A stretch of 63,222 bases of DNA, counting the filler, from Octopus bimaculoides (lineage: Eukaryota): the NCBI RefSeq assembly GCF_001194135.2. It is 7 parts of 5 records of this genome, joined end to end, with 100 filler letters (N's around TTAATTAATTAA, not from the genome) between each part and the next. Parts side by side here need not be neighbours in the genome. Positions count along the whole stretch, not along the records: positions 44,580 to 52,998 come from NC_068998.1; positions 53,099 to 60,555 come from NC_068981.1; positions 60,656 to 62,012 come from NC_068988.1; 4 more parts are not named here. The stretch is one strand, 5' to 3'. The notes under the pieces are model-generated. The model worked only from the letters and a program-made list of their open reading frames with translations, was not told where the DNA came from and searched no databases. Positions 50,657 through 61,625 of the stretch are shown here, one piece after another (the first letter of the stretch is position 1; every line of letters begins with the position of its first letter). The position numbers and the translations under genes are program-made.

Positions 50657-52952
50657 AAGAGAATTCAGCTCAGTGGGTGGACAAAGACTATGAGTGACCA
50701 ATGAGTATGCGTGCGTGAGTGTAACAACGTTGCAACACTGATTACAGAAGAGACAATATGGCCGAGGGAAAATACCTGCATGAAGCTTTCTGCGTGCAGA
50801 TGCATTATGCAGCGCACGTCATTTAGGTATTTCCCTTAGCATATCGTCTGTGTGTGCGTGTATCTTGAACAAGCGCGAAATCGTGTCACTGGGAAATGAA
50901 ACCGCAATTTTCAGTCTGAATAACTAGCAGAAAAATTATGAATTTGTATCCTTCTAATTTTATTTTAGTTGTATCTTTTAATAAATAAAATATTTCGTTA
51001 AAATCAAATAATAACAAAGAGCTTTGGTTTGAGATTTTCACTTTAACAAAAATAAAATCACCACTACTATTATTACTGTTATTGTGCAGCTACTAGTTCT
51101 ACTACTACTACTGCTGCTAGCCTCATTAAGAAGTGATTGTTCTGTATCATGTTAATGATAGAATCTCGGTCAAACACATACCCCCTCCTCCTTACCTGAA
51201 CTCCTCTACTCTTTATTGAAAACAAAAACCAGCCGAGCTTTTCTGCCTATCTAGTTGTTAAGTACTCTCTGTCTCTCGCCAGTCTATATATTCTTTATCT
51301 AGTGACCTAGCTACTCACTTACCTCTATATTTGTACACTGTGTGTGTGTGTGTATAGATAGGTTTCTTTATTAGCCACACAGGGCTCAACACAGAGGGGA
51401 CAAAATACAAATGTAGAGTTTTTCTTTTCGAGGGGGTCGAAAACAAAGCAGAAAAAAAAACAAAAGTGGGGACAACGATGAAAANNNNNNNNNNNNNNNN
51501 NNNNNNNNNNNNNNNNNNNNNNNNNNNNNNNNNNNNNNNNNNNNNNNNNNNNNNNNNNNNNNNNNNNNNNNNNNNNNNNNNNNNNNNNNNNNNNNNNNNN
51601 NNNNNNNNNNNNNNNNNNNNNNNNNNNNNNNNNNNNNNNNNNNNNNNNNNNNNNNNNNNNNNNNNNNNNNNNNNNNNNNNNNNNNNNNNNNNNNNNNNNN
51701 NNNNNNNNNNNNNNNNNNNNNNNNNNNNNNNNNNNNNNNNNNNNNNNNNNNNNNNNNNNNNNNNNNNNNNNNNNNNNNNNNNNNNNNNNNNNNNNNNNNN
51801 NNNNNNNNNNNNNNNNNNNNNNNNNNNNNNNNNNNNNNNNNNNNNNNNNNNNNNNNNNNNNNNNNNNNNNNNNNNNNNNNNNNNNNNNNNNNNNNNNNNN
51901 NNNNNNNNNNNNNNNNNNNNNNNNNNNNNNNNNNNNNNNNNNNNNNNNNNNNNNNNNNNNNNNNNNNNNNNNNNNNNNNNNNNNNNNNNNNNNNNNNNNN
52001 NNNNNNNNNNNNNNNNNNNNNNNNNNNNNNNNNNNNNNNNNNNNNNNNNNNNNNNNNNNNNNNNNNNNNNNNNNNNNNNNNNNNNNNNNNNNNNNNNNNN
52101 NNNNNNNNNNNNNNNNNNNNNNNNNNNNNNNNNNNNNNNNNNNNNNNNNNNNNNNNNNNNNNNNNNNNNNNNNNNNNNNNNNNNNNNNNNNNNNNNNNNN
52201 NNNNNNNNNNNNNNNNNNNNNNNNNNNNNNNNNNNNNNNNNNNNNNNNNNNNNNNNNNNNTATGAGGAAATAAAACGTATTCCCACGCAGGAAAGAATAT
52301 TGGAAATTTTGTTTTGGTGTTTAAAAAAGCAACTGAAAATCAAAGCGTTTTAAAATTTTGTGTGTGTGTGTATGTATATATATATATATATATATAATAT
52401 ATATAGAGAGAGGTATAATCTTAATTAATGAGGACCGAGTGGAATAGATACTTGTTGGAACATGAATATGTCGATACTCAGAGTTTCTCGAAACGAGGGG
52501 AAAATTAGATAGATAGAATATGCCTACACGTATTAATACAACAAAAAATCTGTTTTTCTCTGGCTGCCATCCATAAACACCTCCACTCGTAATCTCTAGT
52601 AGTTATCTCCCTTGTGGCCGCCATTGCTTCTCTACCACTACATCATCACCTATTTATAGTATATTACAAGCTAGCTACATCACTTTTTCCAGTTTCCATC
52701 TAAACATCACCTACATTCGCCAGCATCACTCTTCTTCCTCATTTCGTCGTTGTTGTTGTTGATTATTTTGAACAGCTGAGTGGGCGACTGGCTTACAGTT
52801 TTTGTTTTATTTATTTTTTCCATTCACTCATTCTTCTTATTCCCCCCCCCTTTGATCTATAAAAATTCCCCGTTCATTAATTATTTTTATACTTTCTCGT
52901 TAACAAATATATCGTGCATGTAATTATATAGTTCGTGTTGTGTAGGTATATA

Positions 52953-52998
<46 letters not shown>

Positions 52999-53098
52999 NN
53001 NNNNNNNNNNNNNNNNNNNNNNNNNNNNNNNNNNNNNNNNNNTTAATTAATTAANNNNNNNNNNNNNNNNNNNNNNNNNNNNNNNNNNNNNNNNNNNN

Positions 53099-53131
<33 letters not shown>

Positions 53132-53223
53132 ACATAACGTAGGCAGCCATGTATATATATGCGTGTAGTTACGTGTATGTACATTTGTATATATATATGT
53201 ATATATATATGAGAAAAAGGAAA

Positions 53224-53358
53224 ATGGAGATATTGAAGTTGAGAGTTTATTATCAGAAAAAATCGATCATTATTTCTAGGGATAATGATCGATAACTATC
53301 CTAAGGGATAATAATCGAGTTTTTGCTGATAACAAAATCTTAACTTCAATATCTCCAT
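53224..53358. mobile_element. Small palindromic MITE
   Basis: atggagatattgaagttgagagtttattatcag... and ...ctgataacaaaatcttaacttcaatatctccat are inverted arms of about 50 bp. Confidence 0.75.
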
Positions 53359-54863
53359 GACTATATTTTATGGATATTAACCTCCCAACAAAATATTAGG
53401 TATTGAACCAGTATTTCCTTGGCTGATACCATCCCTTTATAACCTCCATTTAAATTTTATAAGTATATAAGTATATATATCTTCACTACACTTACATAAT
53501 TTAGCCAATTAAATTCGAATTCATAATTTGGTTGAGATGATTTAATGTCTGTTCCAGTATTTGGAACGTATACGCTCCTCACGTAGCGCTCTGTATCGTC
53601 ATCTCCGCAAATCCGTCTGTGTAGATCAGAAAGGATTTTTCTCTCCATAAACCTGAATATTTCCAGGAATATGATCCCATTTTCGGTAACGTAATGGCGC
53701 TAATTGTAACTTATGAGGCACAACTTTGAGTTTAGCTTTATAAGCTCACACGGTTTAAAGCTGATTCACTAAATGGCACTTCTTTTATTCATTTCTACTT
53801 TCCCCAGGTCCTAGGACCTAAGGCCGAGTGCCTGGTTTTCATAACTTGAAATAACAGTGATCTCAGCATTTTCATGAACGGGACGCCGGTCTTTTGCTGG
53901 GTTCAGGTTCAGCATATTTCGAGCATATTAGGGGCAAGCCGATTACATTGACCACCAGTACTCGACTGGTACTTTTTTATATCGACTCCGAAGAGTTAAA
54001 AAGAAAGTTGACATCGGTGAGATTTGAACTCAGAATGTAAAGTACCGAAAGAAATTCCACTTAGCATTTTGTCCGACGCGATGACGATTCTACCAGATCG
54101 GCGACTCAATTCAAAATAATTCGTACGGTTCGAACCAACAGGCAGAGACCTCGTTACTTTAATCAGTTACAACTGCTCTGATTGCTCCGAATTTCTATAG
54201 ATAATAATTTCATTTAACTGTAAAAATGGAAATTGCTGCATCATCAATGGAAATATATTTAAGAGAGAAACTTAGTTTATACCAATAATGAATAAGACGC
54301 TTTCAGTATCTTAGTAAGACAGAATATATTTAAATTAAGTACTATTTAGATTGGCTGCGAATATTTCAATAGCTCTTCATTAGCTCCTATTTATCAATGA
54401 TTGTAATTAACAGATAAATCTTCAACTTTAATCTAACATTAATTTCTTCTGTTTCTTTCGCGATAAATAATTTCTTTCTCCGACGTTTTATTAAGAGCTG
54501 TAAGGTTATATATGTATGTGTGTATGTATATATGTATGTATGTATGTATGGTTGGTTGGTGTTGGGCTTTTGTGTTTACACAATGATTGATATCTGTTTG
54601 ATATACTCTGCTTGAAGGAAATTTAATCTCAAAACACCTCAGTTCAACTAAAAACAACAACGAAATAAAAGACCAAATAGTAAATTATCCGGTTTCTTCC
54701 GTCTTTCTTTGAAAGACACAAAACTACTTATCTTAAAAGAAATAGTCGCATAGCTAATTAACTGATAGGGACGATAATATTACTGGTACTTAATTGTCTT
54801 TTCGTTCTTGTACTTGGTTTGCAAGATACCTGATGTGGACTTGTCTGTTGAAACACATTCTGT

Positions 54864-55266
54864 TGTATCTTGGACAGCGGTCATTATACTAATAAGAAAC
54901 ATACACACTAGTTCTATTTCAGATCTTTATTTTCATTTGTTAATTGGTTGACCATTTAATCAGTTAACTAATCGATTGTTCTTGTTTGATTAATCATTAG
55001 GTCATTCAGTCGATCGGCTAAAGTCGTCAAAGGCCTTTCATCACCATTTAAGTCTGAAGTAGACCTGGAGTAAAAATTGTATGTCATTAGTATGGTTTCG
55101 AATGATGACGAGAGGACTTTGACAAATCTAGCTGAATGATTGACTGGACGATTAATCAATCAAATAGTTAGCTGGTTAAATGGTTGACCAATTGACAAAT
55201 AAAAATAAAGTGAAATAGAACCAGTGCATGTGTTTATTATTGGCATAATGACCTTCTCGAGATACA
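54864..55266. mobile_element. MITE with ~110-bp imperfect TIRs
   Basis: tgtatcttgga..ggtcattatac..ttctatttca..ttaattggttgaccatttaa is mirrored at 55160-55266. Confidence 0.7.
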
Positions 55267-55621
55267 AAAAATTTAATTGTCGTCGTCGTCGTCGTTATTT
55301 AACCCTAACCCTAAATTTGATCGAGTAGATCTATGATTAAAACCAGTCTAACTGTGAATATCCCGAGTTTATGAAGGTCATCTACGACTACATTATCTGT
55401 TTCATTTTTTTGAGAGAGTAGGGTATAAACTGAGGAAACTAAGGCAGCTATTTCTAGCAGGTTGATTGAAAATGTGGAGTCTTTATTGTTAGACCAACTA
55501 GTATCTAATTATAATGGTAAATTAAGACGGTTGATACTTCTCACTTGCAGTGTCTTCATAAAATATATTTCACTATGCAAGTCCGAGCTACAGTTATAAG
55601 GTCTGAATAGGATTAACAGAT

Positions 55622-55839
55622 ATTCCTTTCTATTATAAGTACAAGGCCTGAAATTTAGGGGGAGGGAGCCAGTCGATCAGATCGACTCCAGTACGTAACT
55701 GGTACTTGATTTATCGATCCCGGAGGGATGAAAGGCTAAAGTCGGCCTTGGCGGAATTTGAACTCAGAACGTAGCGGCAGACCAAATACTGCTAAGCATT
55801 TCGCCCGGCGTGCTAACGATTCTACCAGCTCGCTACCTT
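55622..55839 (-). mobile_element. SINE family B, full length
   Basis: Complete reverse-complement copy. Additional minus copies lie at 53925-54110 and 55950-56137. Confidence 0.88.
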
Positions 55840-56140
55840 GGGATTAACAAGTATTAATGCGGCACAAGCGAATCCGAAGACCTAGTTTAAATTTGCAACG
55901 TTACAATACTAGAAATGAATGGTGGAACGGAAGGAACAATGCCATCGCAATAGCACAAAACTAGCAATTTTAGAGAATGAGGTTAGTTGATTACATCGAC
56001 TTTAGTGCCTGATTGCTAATTTATTTTACCGATCCTGAGAAGATGAAAGGCAAAGTTGCCTTCGTCAGTAAAGAGCTGGAAGAAATGCCGCTCAGCATTT
56101 TGTCTGACGCGCTAACGATTCTGTCTGCTCGCCACTTAAT

Positions 56141-56450
56141 TGTTGTTTGTTCCTTCTCGAGCCATGCCAGGCTCATAAGGGGCCGGTTTCCCGGTCCCAT
56201 TGGCGTATAGGTTCCCCACCTGGACGGGACGCCGGTCCGTCACAGGTGAGCTGCTAGATGCAGGAGGAAAGAGTGAGAGAAAGTTGTGGTGAAAGAGTCA
56301 GTCAGCAGAAGTCCGCCATTACGTTGTGCCGGAGCCGCATGGAGCTTAGGTGTTTCGCTTTTAAACACACACATCACCCGGTCTGAGATTCGCTACTGCG
56401 CTCCCTCGTCCGCGAGTCTGCTGCTCTAACTACTAGGCCATGTGTCTCCA
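56141..56450 (-). mobile_element. SINE with tRNA head, body 'C' and tail 'V' (cctgtgacggaccggcgtcccgtccagg...)
   Basis: Minus strand tggagacacatggcctagtagttagagc...ctctttcaccacaactttctctcactc...gagaaggaacaaacaa. A partial sibling lies at 60656-60831. Confidence 0.8.
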
Positions 56451-56664
56451 CCGCCGCCTAATTGCTTTGACAAAAATTAACGAAAGTCACAAAAAACAAA
56501 AAAGAAAGATAATGACAACGACGACGTATTTGAACTCAGAACAACAGAAGACCACAAAGTGTCGAATTAAAAATTCTAAATCATCTCATCTAGGTAACGA
56601 CTTCTACATAAATTTCTTCGCGTTCTGTCGATTTTCTATGCAAAGTAATAAATAAAAGTTATTA

Positions 56665-56903
56665 CCGAACTCACAGGGCCGGTCGACCGGTTTCCGTGGC
56701 GTATAAGTAACCGACATTCACAAAATTCTCCTTGAACGAGGCGCCAGTCCGTCGCAGGGTTATTCATATACAGCTGAGTGGACTGGAGCAACGCAAAATA
56801 AAGTGTTTTGCTCAAGAACCCAGCACAACGCCCGATCCAGGAATCAAAATCCCGATCTTGCAATTCTGACAGCGACACCCTGTCCATTAGGTCACACGCC
56901 TTG
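56665..56903 (-). mobile_element. SINE with tRNA head, CORE-like body and tail 'V'
   Basis: Minus strand ...ttcttgagcaaaacactttattttgcgttgctccagtccactcagctg...ccctgcgacggactggcgcc. Siblings lie at 16825-17080 (-) and 58545-58800 (+). Confidence 0.8.
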
Positions 56904-56979
56904 TGTGTGTTGAGCAGGGGATCCTTTTAACACTTATCACATAGAATGGTTTAAAAAAAAATAAAGAATAATAAGTAAA

Positions 56980-57288
56980 CTGGCTTTCTGTTGGTTACAA
57001 CGACGTGGTTTCCAGTTGATACGATCAACGGTACAGCTTGCTCACGAAATTAACGTGCAAATGACTGAGCACTTCACAGACACGTGTGTCCTTAAAGCAG
57101 TTCTCAGGGAGATTCAGTGTGACAAGGCTGGCACTTTGAATTACAGGTACAACTCATTTTTACCAGCTGAACAGACTGGAGAAGTGCGAAATAAAGTCTT
57201 GCTCAAGAACACAACGCGCCGCCGGGAGTAAAGCTCACAACCTTACAACCGTGAGCCGTATATACTAACCAGTAAGCCATGCGCTTTC
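56980..57288 (-). mobile_element. SINE with tRNA head, CORE-like body and tail 'N' (Nin/Deu-like)
   Basis: Minus strand ...ttcttgagcaagactttatttcgc...gttgtacctgtaattcaaag..gccttgtcacac..cacgttaatttcgtgagcaagctgtaccgttgatcgtatcaactgg. Confidence 0.8.
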
Positions 57289-57746
57289 ATCAGAGGTGAA
57301 AGTTTCACAGATAGGCTTAAGTCCTATGATATATAAAATATGAAAGGATATTGTAGGATGAAAACGTCAACTAAATTGCGCTTAACTAGGAAACGAGAAC
57401 CTTTTATAACCCTGCCGTCCACCTCCCATCTCAATCCAAGTGATTTTCAGTAATAATGATTTCTGGCATCAGTAGAATGCGTTAAGGTTTTTTTTTTCTC
57501 AGAGAAGGACAGAGTTGATTGAAAACGATGTTACTTCTTGAGGACGCTTAGTTTTATTGATTTTTATGAAGAACGGAAAGCAAAGTGGATTCCTGTGGGT
57601 ATTGAACTCATAACTTAGAAAGAAAGGGAATTAAATATTGAAATTTTTAGGTCGATATTTTATTATTTTATTTTTGGTCATATTATAAGGGATTAATTTC
57701 AAAGACAAAATACATTCAAAGTCATTTATTATTAACACTAGGAGAG

Positions 57747-58445
57747 AAGGCGGCGAGCTGGCAGAATCGGTAGCACGCCGGGCAAAATGCGTAGCGGCAT
57801 TTTGTCTGTCTATACGTTCTGAGTTCAAATTCCGCCGTGGTCGACCTTGCCTTTAATCCTTTCGGACTTGATAAGATAAGTACCACTTATCAAGTTAGGG
57901 GATAAATCGATTGCATCGACCCCAGTGTTCAAGATAAGTACCACTTGAACACTGGGGTCGATGCAATCGATTTATCCCCTAACTTACTGGCCTTGTGCCA
58001 AAATGTGAAACCAATTATTAATAGCAGGAGAAGACCGCGGGCTATTAGAGTCGCTATCACTTCGAGGTCGAGTGTCAATAAAGTAAGTACCAATTGAGTA
58101 CTGGGGTCGAAGTAATCGACTCATTTCCTCCACCGAACTTGCTGTCTTCTGCCAAGAATTTGAAACCAACATTAGGCAACTAGTTAAGCGAAATCGATGA
58201 AGCATTAGTAGACTTCGACTTTTATTCTTCTGGGATTAGTAAAGCAGGGTCGACTAAAACAGGGGCCCTAAATGCTTAGCGGTATTTCGCCCGTCTTTAC
58301 GTTCTGAGTTCAAATTCTGCCGAGGTCGACTTTACCTTTCATCCTTTTGGGGTCGATTAAGTAAGTACCACTTACGCACTGGGGTCAATGTAATCGACAT
58401 AATCCCTTCCCCCAAAATTGAAGCCTTGTGCTTCCAGCAGAAAAA
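57747..58445 (+). mobile_element. Cluster of three SINE B copies (57747-58016, ~58050-58170, 58268-58445)
   Basis: The first copy is full length and contains a 42-bp perfect inverted duplication. Confidence 0.85.
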
Positions 58446-59558
58446 GATTATTTGTGTCTAGTGGACGGAGACTTAGGATTAGGTTGGGTAAGAATTATGG
58501 TAATACCATTCTTGATAATTATTCTTTAGGTATTCGTTGAAATTTGAAGGAGTATGGCCCTGTGGTTAGTGTGTTGCAATCACGATTGCAAAATTGTGGT
58601 TTCTGTTCTTTTATTGGGCAGTGGGTTGTATTATTTAGCAAATCACCATTTCACCTTATTCCAGGCCACCATTTAGCTGTAAAGGAGTAAACCTGCGACG
58701 GGGTGGAGTCCAGTTTTGGTGTTATGCTGTGATCTCTACCACTTATACGCTATGGAAAACAGGTAACCGACTCTATTAGAACCTATGATTCGAGACAGTC
58801 GTTACTTGTTTAATCTTTGAACTGTGGTTAGACAGTTCTTTGGTGCTGGCATCACGATAAACACAAATAGCGTCAACCACATTAGTGATGGGAAATGGAT
58901 AAAATTGTTTAACCAGAAATCGAAACGAAGTTTATTGAAGCGGAGTTTAACCTTTTGGTTTACGGATGTTTACACCAGTCTGATAGAAACACTTTAAAAA
59001 ACATGTTTTTAAATCGGTAGATGTAAATAAATGGATGGAAATACTGACTTACATATATCGATAGATATGTAGATAGATACGGAGAGAAATAGATATAGAT
59101 AAGCTAATGAATATAAATATAGAGTGCGATGATTAAACATATAGAGAGAAGCAGAGAAATAGCAAAATTAAATGAAAGATTAAAGAGGAAAATTAAAACA
59201 AAAATGAAGAAGAAAAAGAGAATTATTTCTAAAGGTTAACCAGTATATGTGGACTGAGCGTTGTAAGAAATAATGTATTGTATTATATTATCATTGCTTC
59301 TTAATTATAGCAATCATAATTTTTTGAGTCTTCAGTTTTTTAAAGATCCATTCAATATTATTCACTGGTATCTTGGAGAGCGTGACGGATTCCTCCCGAG
59401 TACGTGACGATTTCCTTCTTATGGCCAGCCCCCATACTAGACAGTAAGTCTTATTAAACAACAAATTCGAAAAAACGAATATGAAAAATCATGTGATATT
59501 ACTTTTTTCCATAGTAACTGAATGCCGTTTGCAGTATTAATTATATATAATTTTTGAT

Positions 59559-60300
59559 AGGCGCGGCACATGGCAGTGTGGTTAAGATGTTTGCTTTACA
59601 GCCAGGTGGTTTCCAGTTCAGTTCCAATGCGCAGCAACTTGGGCAAGTATTTTTTACTGTAACCCCAGGTTGACCAAATAGATGGAAACCGTGTGGAAGC
59701 CCGTTGTGCATATATACTTATGTGTGTATGTGTTTCTGCCTGTGTGTATCGCTCCACCGTTTGACAATCGGCGTCAGTTAGTTTACGTCCCTGTAACTTG
59801 GCAGTTTCCGCAAATGAGAAATTAGTACTAGACTTATAAAACATAAATACTGGGGTCGATTTTATTTGACTAAACCGTTCAAAGCGGTGCCACAGCGTCA
59901 CCACAGTTCAGTTACTCAAACAAATATAAGTACCAATAAGTTAGATAATTATTGTACTCCAGCATGGCCACAGTCGAATGACTGAAACAATAAAAGAATA
60001 CAAGAATGCCATATTTCCTGACATTCACAGTAAGTCATCTGCTACATGACGGCTAACAGTGTGCGCATATCCTGTATATGCCGCCATTTTCCACAGAGTT
60101 TCCTAATAAAATGATTCAGTCAAGAATCGAAACAGCGTCTTAATAAAAAAAGAAAAGTTTGCTTCTCAAGCACATGGTTTCGGGTTCAGTCCTACTGCGT
60201 CGCACCTTCTGCAAGTGTCTTCTGCTATAGTCTCGGGCCGACCAAAGCCTCGTGAATGGATATGGTAGATGGAAACTGAAAAGAAGCCTGTCGCAAATAT
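59559..60300 (+). mobile_element. SINE family A: degenerate full copy (59559-60002) plus 5'-half copy (60154-60300)
   Basis: Both align with the family head and CORE-like block in + orientation. Confidence 0.75.
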
Positions 60301-60302
60301 AT

Positions 60303-60354
<52 letters not shown>

Positions 60355-60374
60355 GTAGTCTGTTAAAGTCTGTC

Positions 60375-60423
60375 ATACTGGCCATGACGAAGGGAAATAG
60401 CCCTGAAACTCGAGTCGCCTTTA
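60375..60423 (+). ncRNA. Minimal type-I hammerhead-ribozyme-like motif with an extra A in the core
   Basis: Stem I GGC(60380-82)/GCC(60417-19), extended by ATA/TAT after a 2x2 loop. Core C-A-TGACGA (60383-90). Stem II AGGG-aaatag-CCCT. GAAA at 60405-08. Palindromic stem III ACTCGAGT. Cleavage triplet GTC ends at 60416. Confidence 0.7.
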
Positions 60424-60854
60424 TATATTTATATTTTTATATTTATATATTTGATCCTTTATATTGAACACTCAATATTTCATCTACATTCAATACTTTC
60501 TTTCATGGTGCCATCCATTTTTTTTTTATTTTATTTTATATTATATATTGTATATNNNNNNNNNNNNNNNNNNNNNNNNNNNNNNNNNNNNNNNNNNNNT
60601 TAATTAATTAANNNNNNNNNNNNNNNNNNNNNNNNNNNNNNNNNNNNNNNNNNNNCAGGAAGAAAGAGTGAGACAATGTTGTGGTGATAGAGTACAGCAG
60701 GGTTCGCTACCACCCCCTGCCATAGCCACGTAGAGCTTTAGGTGTTTTCGCTCAATAAACACTTACAACGCCCGGTCTGGGAATCGAAACCGCGAGTCCG
60801 CTGCCCTAACCACTGGGCCATTGCGCCTCCATATATATATATATATATATATAC

Positions 60855-61060
60855 AAAACATAATTAACGGATCAGCAAAAGTTGCTTCACCACATACCGA
60901 AATTTAGAAATAGCAGTTAAAGTACTAATTCTTCTACTACAATATGTCTCCACAGATAGCAATACTTGTAACTTACATAGGCAAAAATGAAGAAAAAATA
61001 ACGAAACCAACCAGCCTTAGTTAATCATGTACGCGTTTCGGGATTAGAATGGTAAAAAAT
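60855..61060 (+). repeat. Dispersed repeat family (atcagcaaa..ttgcttcaccacataccgaa..agaaatagcag); copies also at 49114-49180 (+) and 42590-42655 (-)
   Basis: Three recognisable copies in the window. This one continues into tacgcgtttcggg, the 3' half of a hammerhead-like motif on the minus strand. Confidence 0.7.
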
Positions 61061-61505
61061 TCATTTCCTTCTACATACATATATATATGTACGTATGTAT
61101 GTATGTATGTATGTATGTATGTATNNNNNNNNNNTCCGTCTAATTGGCTACAGAAATGCTTGTGCAAAACAACTTTTTGCGCTGTCTTGATTATACATAG
61201 CAGGGTAATTTCTTTTCGCAGGAGGTAGGACAGCAATTTCTGATGAAGCAATTGCTGGTGATCTGTTGCTACACAGTTCTGCCAGAATTCTATCAGATTG
61301 GGCAGTAGATGTTGATGCACCATTTTGCATTATGTTCAAAGTAGCTTCTGGAATGTGTTGAATTGCTGCAGTCTGTTGCTGTCTTTTTAAACTGGTTGCT
61401 TTCTTTCCCCAGCAAGCTGTCTTGTTTGGAGGCATAATCTATATACATATTAAAGAGAACAACAAAAGTTATAACAGATGGCGGGGTCGGTAGTTTTCAC
61501 ATTAT

Positions 61506-61625
61506 GGTAATTTTTCAGATTAATACCCGCACGATTACGTAACCCTAAAACCCTAACCCTGACCCAAAAACCGTAACCCTAACGCCCTAGTGAAAATCGT
61601 GCGGGTGTTAATCTGAAAAATTATC
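61506..61625. mobile_element. Mini-element: 31-bp inverted arms around degenerate (CCCTAA)n
   Basis: ggtaatttttcagattaatacccgcacgatt / aatcgtgcgggtgttaatctgaaaaattatc (2 mismatches) flank taaccctaaaaccctaaccctgacccaaaaaccgtaaccctaacgccctag. Confidence 0.75.

Noticed and set aside
55295-55315. CCCTAA doublet as a telomere remnant
   Set aside because: Only two units, and they are embedded in what appears to be a decayed SINE tail.
61222-61360. Strong acceptor ttttcgcag|GA GGT giving GG in phase 1
   Set aside because: The translation (GGRTAISDEAIAGDLL...) has no MKP similarity and terminates.
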